Origin: a virus | Taxonomy: Duplodnaviria; Heunggongvirae; Uroviricota; Caudoviricetes | Direction: 5' to 3' (one strand) | Length of the DNA stretch: 64,000 nt | IMG/VR virus record: IMGVR_UViG_3300005527_000046 | Location: 1 to 64,000 of that record | Shown here: positions 56,335-64,000 of the stretch, piece by piece | Numbering within the stretch: the stretch's first letter is position 1 | Layout of the letters: each line of letters starts with the position of its first letter | Notes under the pieces: generated by a model | Databases searched by the model: none | What the model was told of the DNA's origin: nothing | Seen by the model: the letters and a program-made list of their open reading frames with translations, nothing else | Translations under genes and position numbers: made by a program

Positions 56335-57162
56335 TTAGAAAGAAGAAACAGTATTTTGTAAGAATGAACTATTATTAATATAAATGTTCTGAGGAAATAA
56401 ACTATTCTTAAATAGTATTTGTTTAATATCAACTGGCTTTACATAGTTAATTGTAAACACTTGGCCCAGAGGAACATTAGTTGTTAGAAGAGTATCAGTT
56501 GTATTTTTATAGTTTATTGCTGCTTGTATAAGTGCATGTTCTGTTAGAGTTGTATCTACTGTAATAGTGTTACTAATTGAATATGTAACTGGATTTACAG
56601 TTGGAGATGTAACAGTATATAGTACATGTATATCAGGATGATCTAATAAGGATATGGGCGCTCCAGTAGATGTTAGAGATAAGCTTAAAGACTTGAAAGA
56701 TCTTGATAAATTTAAGTATTGATAATTTACTAAATATCTATTAGATGGATGTGGTATTAACCAATACTCAGTCTTTAATAGTCTATGTCTTAGTGGTGGT
56801 CTTTTATATGATTTAGGAAATATCATAGGCTGCCATTCCCAGTATTCAACAATATAACAAGAGCCTTCTCCCCATCCAACTGTAGGTTGTAACCCTACTC
56901 TTATTTGATTTTTATATATGCCTTCCCAAGGAATATTATAAACAAAGGTTCTAGGAATATACTCAGTATCATTTCTAATAGATGTTGGTGGTTTTATTTT
57001 TAAGTAATATCTAGGGGCTAATTTTATTGGTTTAGTTACTAGATTTAATATGTTATCAGTTGTTAATGGTGTTTGTAGTGTGCCTACTGGAATAGGAATG
57101 ATAGGGTCTACTGATTCTTCTATAAATTCCTCTACTGTAAATATAACTGGTGTCTTAATCAT
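56335..57162 (-). CDS. hypothetical virion protein
   Basis: ORF track; abuts terL. Confidence 0.5.
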   Translation of the reverse strand: MIKTPVIFTVEEFIEESVDPIIPIPVGTLQTPLTTDNILNLVTKPIKLAPRYYLKIKPPTSIRNDTEYIPRTFVYNIPWEGIYKNQIRVGLQPTVGWGEGSCYIVEYWEWQPMIFPKSYKRPPLRHRLLKTEYWLIPHPSNRYLVNYQYLNLSRSFKSLSLSLTSTGAPISLLDHPDIHVLYTVTSPTVNPVTYSISNTITVDTTLTEHALIQAAINYKNTTDTLLTTNVPLGQVFTINYVKPVDIKQILFKNSLFPQNIYINNSSFLQNTVSSF

Positions 57163-59349
57163 TTAATAGCCTCTATATGTATTTCTTTCTTTATGTTGCT
57201 GTAATCTATTTATAGAGCTTCCTACAGTTATTTTTCTAGGAGTATTAATATTAATAAGTTTAGGAGCTTTTAGTTCAATCTTATTAATTAGATTACAATT
57301 AGAACCATATGTATAAGCTTCAAATACTGATACTGCTAATGCATCTGGTAAGTCCTTTGTACCATATGGGTGAACTATTTGACCATTATCTTTAATAACT
57401 AAAGAAGGTAAATCTGTTTTTATAAGAGCTGTCCAAGGACTATCAATAGGAAATAATACATCTCCTCTTTGTATTAATTGTCTTAATAAGTTGTAGTAAG
57501 CTAATTGTTTTTCTCTAGAGAATGAAACAATTTTAGTATTAAGTCCTCTACTATATAAGTTTTGATTGAGAGAAGAAGAGTTAAAACCATCAAATGATAT
57601 AGACATGATGTTCATATATTGGCTTATATATATTAGTATTTCTTCTATATTTATATAAGATACTTCTCTAAATTTACCCTTCTCATCAATGCCTGGTGTC
57701 CAACATGCAATGCCAATAACTTCTATTTGTCCTCTATTATTAATAGTAGCTATAGACATAGCAGTAGCATCTTTCTTTAAACTTGTATCTACATGTATAA
57801 AACAAGCTGTATTTACATTAGATATTCTATTGATTTTAATGCCTCTATAATGTCTATCTTCTATGTCTAAGTTATATTCCATTACATCTATTGAAGACTG
57901 TAAAGAACATAATTTATCTAATAAATCAGCTTCTAGAAAGGAATTATCATTACTGCTTCTTATATTTTCATATTCTAATCTTGCTCTTTTAGGTTCTGAA
58001 GAATAATCAGATATAATGTCTGGATTACTTCTAGTTATAGTAGGATTAACATCAAAACAAGTTAGTTCTAATATAAGCGAGTAAGGGTCACCAGCAGCTT
58101 GATGTTTTAATGTTACCATTGGATCTGTAAAAGACCATGCAGAAGATACTACTATTTTTTTACCTTCTCCTTTGAATCTGTTGAGTGCGCGGCCCACATT
58201 TTGATAAATGTTAAGTCCTGTGTTTAAACCATCACCAGTAGTTTCAAAACGAGCCATTTCATCTATAAATAATAACTTTAAGTTATATCCTACAAGTGCT
58301 TTTGAATTTGTATGCTTAGCATAAAGAGATATAAATTTATCAGGACATCTAATCTCATCACTAAGTACTACTATTTTCTTCTTTTTAATCAGGGATTTAA
58401 AAAAGTTAGAACTATCAAGAAATGATTTAATAGCTTTGAAACTAGTTTCTAATACTTGTGCTTCTGTTTGTGCTATAGCAAAAAGGGCAATTGGAGAGAA
58501 TGACATTAGACCATAATGTAAACCTGGATCAGGCAATGAAATTAATTTGTAAAATTCATATAGACAAATAATAGAACTCATTGATGATTTACTGCTGTTA
58601 TGACTAACAATAGAATTGCCTATTATATGAGTGTCTTCTACTTCAAATCCAATAATGTTTTTATATCCAATAGCTTTAACTTTAACTACTTCTTCCCATT
58701 CAATAACATACTCTGTGTTGGAAGAGGCAAATGTTAAATTGTTTAATACAGCTACTTTATCTTTCTTATTTAAGTCTTTTATTTGTATCCAACAAGGGCC
58801 AAATGCAGTTTTTACTAAGTAAGGATGATCACTTGTTACTTCCTCTGTTTTACCTGATTTAAGTGTAATACTATAAGCTTTTTGTAAGCCCTGATCCCAT
58901 GTTCTAAATTTGTTAGTTGTAAATACTTTATAAGTTATTGAATCAACTGTATAAATGTATATATCTTCATCTTTTCTCTCATGCAATTCTTTATATGTAA
59001 TAGTGCCAACAGAGGTAATTATGTTAGAAGTTTCTACTGGGCAGCCACGTCCTGCTTCTAGTATTAAGTTTGTATACTTTCTTCCATTGATCCAATTAGT
59101 CTTTCCTTGTTCTCTCCATCTGTCTAATATATCTATATGTACTTGATCTAGTGGCTCATTATAGATGGCTTTTAATATTGCCTCTTGTGTGGGCCATAGC
59201 TTCGTTGTAGAGTCATTAAATAGTATTGAATTAGCAAAGGTAACAATGTCTATATTGCTACCTTGTGGAGTGTTTATTGAGGCTTCTGTGAGATCTGTTA
59301 ATAGATCATTTAAGAAGTCTTTAGTTGTATAATCTGCTTGTGGTCGCAT
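57163..59349 (-). CDS. terL: terminase large subunit, interrupted by a mini-intein in the ATPase P-loop region
   Basis: Walker B KLLFIDEMARF; C-terminal RNaseH-like nuclease region IHVDTSLKKDATAMSIATINNRGQIEVIGIACW; extein junction LILEAGRG / SSKSS forms the P-loop. Confidence 0.75.
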   Translation of the reverse strand: MRPQADYTTKDFLNDLLTDLTEASINTPQGSNIDIVTFANSILFNDSTTKLWPTQEAILKAIYNEPLDQVHIDILDRWREQGKTNWINGRKYTNLILEAGRGCPVETSNIITSVGTITYKELHERKDEDIYIYTVDSITYKVFTTNKFRTWDQGLQKAYSITLKSGKTEEVTSDHPYLVKTAFGPCWIQIKDLNKKDKVAVLNNLTFASSNTEYVIEWEEVVKVKAIGYKNIIGFEVEDTHIIGNSIVSHNSSKSSMSSIICLYEFYKLISLPDPGLHYGLMSFSPIALFAIAQTEAQVLETSFKAIKSFLDSSNFFKSLIKKKKIVVLSDEIRCPDKFISLYAKHTNSKALVGYNLKLLFIDEMARFETTGDGLNTGLNIYQNVGRALNRFKGEGKKIVVSSAWSFTDPMVTLKHQAAGDPYSLILELTCFDVNPTITRSNPDIISDYSSEPKRARLEYENIRSSNDNSFLEADLLDKLCSLQSSIDVMEYNLDIEDRHYRGIKINRISNVNTACFIHVDTSLKKDATAMSIATINNRGQIEVIGIACWTPGIDEKGKFREVSYINIEEILIYISQYMNIMSISFDGFNSSSLNQNLYSRGLNTKIVSFSREKQLAYYNLLRQLIQRGDVLFPIDSPWTALIKTDLPSLVIKDNGQIVHPYGTKDLPDALAVSVFEAYTYGSNCNLINKIELKAPKLININTPRKITVGSSINRLQQHKERNTYRGY
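58597..59043 (-). other. mini-intein (149 aa, Hint domain only) within terL
   Basis: Begins with Cys (CPVETSNIIT, block A), TxxH block B (VTSDHPY), ends NIIGFEVEDTHIIGNSIVSHN followed by +1 Ser. Confidence 0.6.
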
Positions 59350-59357
59350 GTTGTTTT

Positions 59358-60062
59358 TTATATTGTAATAAATAAATCTAATTCATTTTTTATAGTAGAT
59401 ATAGAATTCCCTGTTAGTTTTGCTGCTTGTGCTTTTGTATAATTAGTAGGACAAACTAATAAGAAGTAATCATTTACAACTTTAGTTCTAGTGTTACTTG
59501 TATTAAATTGTACGGGTCCTAATGCTGTTCTTATAAATAGGTAAAATGCAAAAGTAGGCTGTATTACTTCAATTACTCCAGCTTCAATTTCAATCAATGA
59601 AGATGGCTCAACAGGTTCAGATGTATAACTATAGTAAATTGATTGTTGCGTTGTATTGTTTATATTTATAGTACTTTTTTGAGGAGTATTTATAAATATC
59701 TGTTCCTCTATAAAAGGAGTTGTTACAGCATTCTTAGACACAAACAACATATAAGTAGATACTTCATTCTTCAAATATGCTATAAATGTTCCATATTTAA
59801 AAAGGGATTCAGTAGCAGTAAATATATCTGGAGTATTATTAGTTGCTAATACATTGCCGCATAAATCAAACACTTTGTAAGGCCCGTAGAACCCTTCAAT
59901 TGAAGGTGAAAGAGGATTAACATAGTATGTTTTATTGGGGTATGTACAGAAGGTAAATCTATCTTGCTCAGATAATACTGTCCAATTAAAATCTATATCT
60001 TGTATTACCTCAGATACTTCTGTATATGTATTAAATGATTGCTTAACTATTTCTCTAGCCAT
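59358..60062 (-). CDS. hypothetical structural-module protein
   Basis: ORF track. Confidence 0.5.
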   Translation of the reverse strand: MAREIVKQSFNTYTEVSEVIQDIDFNWTVLSEQDRFTFCTYPNKTYYVNPLSPSIEGFYGPYKVFDLCGNVLATNNTPDIFTATESLFKYGTFIAYLKNEVSTYMLFVSKNAVTTPFIEEQIFINTPQKSTININNTTQQSIYYSYTSEPVEPSSLIEIEAGVIEVIQPTFAFYLFIRTALGPVQFNTSNTRTKVVNDYFLLVCPTNYTKAQAAKLTGNSISTIKNELDLFITI

Positions 60063-60526
60063 TAGCCACTTCCAAGTTTTATATTAAATGTATAATCTAA
60101 TGTTGCTGGTGGATTTAGTGTAATTGGTGTATTAGAAATTGGCTTTACAAGTAATGGTATGCCTTGTACATTTCCTCTGTTGTTAAAGTTTATTTCTGTT
60201 GCTCCTGTTACTAAAGCTTTATATACATAACATATATGTGTTGCATTAACTATTGCTGTTGTGAATGATACTGGTGCTTCTATTGTTGCAAATATTTGAT
60301 CTCCAATTGTTTCTTCTACTAATAAAAGGGGTGGGAATATAAATCTTTTATATGTTCCTGTTAGTTCATACTTGACTATATCTTCCATTTTTATTGCATC
60401 TAATGCTTGAAGCTGAGATAGGTTTGGTGTGGTTCCTCCATATATAGGTGCATTAATAAGTATAGCAACTGCATCAGTTGTTACTTGAGTTATAATGTCT
60501 TTTCTTGATTCTAATGTATATCTCAT
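60062..60526 (-). CDS. hypothetical structural-module protein
   Basis: ORF track. Confidence 0.5.
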   Translation of the reverse strand: MRYTLESRKDIITQVTTDAVAILINAPIYGGTTPNLSQLQALDAIKMEDIVKYELTGTYKRFIFPPLLLVEETIGDQIFATIEAPVSFTTAIVNATHICYVYKALVTGATEINFNNRGNVQGIPLLVKPISNTPITLNPPATLDYTFNIKLGSG

Positions 60527-60527
60527 G

Positions 60528-60953
60528 TTAGTCCGTTGTTAATAATAAGTTTGCATCATCTAAATTAGTTAGTTTTATACCTATATATTGATTAGTTAAA
60601 TCTGTTTCTAATATTAAATTAGAGGACTTAGTTGGTGTTTTAAATGTAGGTGTTGGAGGATATATTGATTGAAATAATATATCTGTATTAAATTGTTTAT
60701 ATATAAATAGTATAGTATTGGTTGGAGTATAACTAACTCCATAATATCTCCCTTCATAGTTTGGATCTTCATATGTATATCCTGAATAACAAGGATCTTG
60801 TACTACTGGTAATGTAATTGGATACAAGTTATATAAAGTTGGCGGGCGGTAAGAAAGCCAACTAGTATTAAAATAATAGAACTGTTTAAAGTCCTCAGAA
60901 ATAAATCCAGAATATTCAACATCATTATCTATTTGATTATTATAAAAATTCAT
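60528..60953 (-). CDS. hypothetical structural-module protein (Y/T/P-rich)
   Basis: ORF track. Confidence 0.45.
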   Translation of the reverse strand: MNFYNNQIDNDVEYSGFISEDFKQFYYFNTSWLSYRPPTLYNLYPITLPVVQDPCYSGYTYEDPNYEGRYYGVSYTPTNTILFIYKQFNTDILFQSIYPPTPTFKTPTKSSNLILETDLTNQYIGIKLTNLDDANLLLTTD

Positions 60954-62298
60954 TGTTGACTCTTCTTTTTAATGTAAAACTTGAGTTAGTTGTGTCGTTT
61001 GGCACTAGATATACAAGACTTCCAGTCTTTGTTGTAAAAGCTAAGTAAGCTTTTGTTGGAGGATAACTTCCTGTTGGTTGAGGAATGTCTACTTTATTAT
61101 CAAATTTATATTCACTACTAATAGAAGAGTTAGTAACATAAGGTGCTAAATCACTTGATTTTATAACTCCTTCATTCTTAGTTAATATTTTTGTTATATT
61201 TAATCCTGCAGGACTATTACCTAAATTATCATTAACTATTTCATAATTTCTTGATATAGAAGTTGGAGTAACTGGAACAGGAGTAGAATTTAATATATTG
61301 TTAACTGAATTAGAAAAGTTAGTGCTTGGTGTAAAAGAAGGACTAGATTTAAAATCAGTTTTATCTGCTTTTAGTCTATCAAGGAGATTTGATAGACCTG
61401 TTGGTTGATAATAACTATTTGCTCTAACTATAGCCTCTCCTACTTGAGCTTCTGTTGGATTAGAGTTGCTAGGTAAGAATCCTTTTTCTTTAAGTAAGTC
61501 TTTATATATATTTTTATTTGCTGTAGATAATTTATTATATTCTAAAACTAATGCATCTCCTTTACAGGGATTTGTACTAGGTGTTGTTGTAGTTGGTGTG
61601 GCTGGTTTAGCACTCTTACATTGATTAGTTCCAAGATCTATAATCTCAAATTTAATCATGTAATAGTTTCTATCTTGTCTTACATATACAAGTTCAAATT
61701 CTTTAACATAGCCTTTAAACTTAATGTTAGAACTACTATCTCTAAAGGTTGTGGACTCACTTTTCTTAGGTATAAAAGAACCATCAGATGTGGCTATGTT
61801 AACTTCTATAAGAGCTTTATTTTTAACTGCAAAGTCATAAAACTCACAGGCAGGTGTATAACTATCTTGCCCTTCTTTTACAGTTAAATCCTGCCATCCT
61901 TCCCATTTAGCTGCATCAGATAAGTTTGATATACCATCATATCCAGTAAACATTCCAGATAAGGATACTGTTAATGATTCAACTCCTAAATGTTGATAGA
62001 TAGGAAAAAAGCCAGGAATCTTTAATTTAGATATGGCAATTCCTGCTTTTATTAGTAAGCCGGGCAATTGTATTGGATTACTTCTACCAGGATGTTTAGA
62101 CTCAATAGATGGCGGTAATAACATATTAAATGTTTTACCATTGGCTATCATCTTTACTTTATATACAGATGTTTGTGCGCCAGCAGCAGCATTAACTATA
62201 TTAGATTGTGCTACTTTAGCTGGCATAAATAAAGGACTATTAACAGTTCCAGTCTGAGGTAATGCTCTACCAGCAACAAGTATAGGACTATCTGACAT
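60940..62298 (-). CDS. hypothetical virion protein with Pro/Thr linker (PATPTTTTPSTNP)
   Basis: ORF track. Confidence 0.5.
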   Translation of the reverse strand: MSDSPILVAGRALPQTGTVNSPLFMPAKVAQSNIVNAAAGAQTSVYKVKMIANGKTFNMLLPPSIESKHPGRSNPIQLPGLLIKAGIAISKLKIPGFFPIYQHLGVESLTVSLSGMFTGYDGISNLSDAAKWEGWQDLTVKEGQDSYTPACEFYDFAVKNKALIEVNIATSDGSFIPKKSESTTFRDSSSNIKFKGYVKEFELVYVRQDRNYYMIKFEIIDLGTNQCKSAKPATPTTTTPSTNPCKGDALVLEYNKLSTANKNIYKDLLKEKGFLPSNSNPTEAQVGEAIVRANSYYQPTGLSNLLDRLKADKTDFKSSPSFTPSTNFSNSVNNILNSTPVPVTPTSISRNYEIVNDNLGNSPAGLNITKILTKNEGVIKSSDLAPYVTNSSISSEYKFDNKVDIPQPTGSYPPTKAYLAFTTKTGSLVYLVPNDTTNSSFTLKRRVNNEFL

Positions 62299-63568
62299 AT
62301 GATTTATATCCTTTTACTATAGGTTTGTTATTAGATTCTGTACTTAAATCAATTCTAATTGTGAGATAGTTTCTTGTTGCATCAGTTATTTTTCCTTCTC
62401 TATTTATAATAGATACAATTTCAGTTAAATTTTTATCATATAAATATCTATAGGTTTGATCATTGCCATCTACTAAATATCTAGAGGGATTTGTTAGTTC
62501 TTCCCATGTATATCCTTCATTAGATGATAGATAAACACTAACTGCCGTTGAATCTAATATAATTGCATCTAGTTCTAAATATATATTAGAGTACTTAAAG
62601 TTTGTTCTTATTGTCTTAGATATATAAGTAGATAGTGTTTTATTACTGCTAATAAGAACTGGATATACATAAGCATATTTGTTGATATTAAATATCAAGT
62701 CTACTGAATCTGTTTTGTTTATCTCAGCTTCATTGGTATATTCAATGTTGTTTATATTGAATTTGCCAGGATAATAAATGTGCTCAAATCTGTCAATATT
62801 ATCATTAACTGTAATTGTATTTGTAACACTAGCTGTGGCATAGATTGCAGTATTTAGTTTAAACTTTAAATCTTTATTTAGTTGAGTTGTTATGTTAGTT
62901 TGATTTGCATCTAAGGAGAATAAATAAGAATTGGCTAAAGTAGATGTAGTAGATATAAATATATCTGTTGGAGAATTTATAGAAGAAATAAGGAGGCTGT
63001 ATCTTCCTTTTGACAAAGTTATTGGAACATCCCATGTGAAATCTGTAGATGTTTTACCATCTACACTTGTAGTGATTTGATTGTTGTTAACTACTGCCTG
63101 TGCAACGACTTCTTGAGGCTTATCATTAAACTTAGTTAACAATATCTTAATAAGAGGAGTAGCAGAGTTTACTTTTCTAATGTAAATACTACCTCCAACT
63201 AAAGTTGTATTGTCTTCTTCTATGTTAATGGTTTGTCCTACATAACTAGTATCTATAGGATAATTAGAATTATATAAGGATGATGTTGCTGAGGAGCTAT
63301 TATTCTGAACTGTTATAACATCATTTAAAGATGAATTAGAAGGAAGTGTAAATGAAAAAGAAGCCTCTCCTTTAGCATTAGTTGTTATAATAGTTGAAAT
63401 TAATTTATCTCCTATTGTTAGTCTAAAGTCAGAAGAATTTGGAGTTAAGCCGTATGCTTGAGCATTTACAATAGTTTGAGTTAATATTATTTCTCTATCA
63501 CTAAGTCTTTGATATATACTAGTGTCTAATCTAGTTGGTCCAACTATTAACACACCTTTTTTAGTCAA
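62288..63568 (-). CDS. hypothetical virion protein (S/T/N-rich, beta-rich), TTG start
   Basis: ORF track; start codon TTG at 63566-63568. Confidence 0.5.
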   Translation of the reverse strand: MTKKGVLIVGPTRLDTSIYQRLSDREIILTQTIVNAQAYGLTPNSSDFRLTIGDKLISTIITTNAKGEASFSFTLPSNSSLNDVITVQNNSSSATSSLYNSNYPIDTSYVGQTINIEEDNTTLVGGSIYIRKVNSATPLIKILLTKFNDKPQEVVAQAVVNNNQITTSVDGKTSTDFTWDVPITLSKGRYSLLISSINSPTDIFISTTSTLANSYLFSLDANQTNITTQLNKDLKFKLNTAIYATASVTNTITVNDNIDRFEHIYYPGKFNINNIEYTNEAEINKTDSVDLIFNINKYAYVYPVLISSNKTLSTYISKTIRTNFKYSNIYLELDAIILDSTAVSVYLSSNEGYTWEELTNPSRYLVDGNDQTYRYLYDKNLTEIVSIINREGKITDATRNYLTIRIDLSTESNNKPIVKGYKSYVR

Positions 63569-63569
63569 G

Positions 63570-64000
63570 CCAATTGTTACAAAGGAGTCTGAAACTTGCT
63601 GAGATATATACTCTTTAGAAGTATATTCCTGTATTATTACATTTGGAGCGCCGTTTATTATTTTTGTATTTGTATCTACATTATTAATAAAAACATCTTT
63701 AGTTATTCTACTAAACTTGTTTAATATTAGATTTCCTTGTTCTATATCACAGTCAAATAATGGATGGTTTATATCAGCATTATCTGTGTTATTAAAAGTA
63801 TCTGTTATTAAGTTGGAAGTTGTATCAATAGGTTTTAGTAAAGTTGTTTCTAATAAGTAATCTCTAAGCTTATTTAAATTGCCCTCCAGTAGTAAAATAT
63901 CTTTGTTTTTTATCTGTTTATTTTGTAATGCTGGAATCCAAGTACTTTGTTTGTATGTACCAATTTCTAAGTCATTTATTGGATCTAATTTAGTTTTTGG
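63570..64000 (-). CDS. possible 3' part of a further minus-strand structural gene running off the window end
   Basis: Gene-dense minus-strand block continues to the window edge; not verified codon by codon. Confidence 0.25.

Noticed and set aside
45467-62257. Plus-strand ORFs inside the minus-strand late genes (45467, 47151, 48099, 48425, 50808, 52623, 53481, 53814, 54747, 58631, 58955, 59643, 61621, 62033)
   Set aside because: They are fully embedded antisense within the giant ORF, terL and structural genes. Their composition is the mirror image of the sense strand.
1-64000. Genome-wide stop-codon reassignment (TAA to Gln or TGA to Trp)
   Set aside because: Most genes, including the 3428-aa and 780-aa ORFs, are intact under the standard code and end in TAA, TGA or TAG. 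Only a few genes show in-frame stops, so any effect must be local readthrough or pseudogenisation.

Overview
The window is a very AT-rich (about 30% GC by eye) segment of a large tailed dsDNA bacteriophage genome read with the standard genetic code. Bases 1-43617 are a plus-strand block of densely packed, often overlapping small genes. Recognisable products include metallophosphoesterases, a thymidylate-kinase-like dNMP kinase, a photolyase-like protein, dUTPase, a ThyX-like enzyme, a PARP-like ADP-ribosyltransferase, a dual-specificity phosphatase and a ClpP-like protease. The block also has islands of tRNA and tRNA-like genes at about 4.2, 5.1-5.9, 6.9-7.5, 9.9-10.0 and 11.1-11.9 kb. It carries four free-standing HNH homing-endonuclease genes and a LAGLIDADG homing-endonuclease gene. 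The best-supported system is a bacterial-type Pnkp-Hen1 tRNA/RNA repair cassette: a kinase / metallophosphatase / ligase protein followed by a Hen1 2'-O-methyltransferase and an overlapping P-loop ATPase. The Pnkp gene appears to be split inside its Walker A codons by a roughly 1.3 kb group-I-like intron that carries the LAGLIDADG endonuclease. At 43.6 kb a bidirectional terminator separates this block from a convergent minus-strand late block (43637 to the window end). The late block encodes a sigma-region-4-like protein, a Cas4-like Fe-S nuclease, a giant 3428-aa protein with an N-terminal secreted DNA/RNA non-specific endonuclease domain and a tape-measure-like hydrophobic core, a large terminase interrupted by a mini-intein, and virion-type proteins. 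Other oddities are in-frame TAA/TGA codons inside several apparently translated genes, a tRNA with a 64-nt insertion in its anticodon loop, a tRNA-like element lacking a T-arm, TATAAT motifs abutting tRNA 5' ends, and a GC-rich structured island upstream of an HNH gene.
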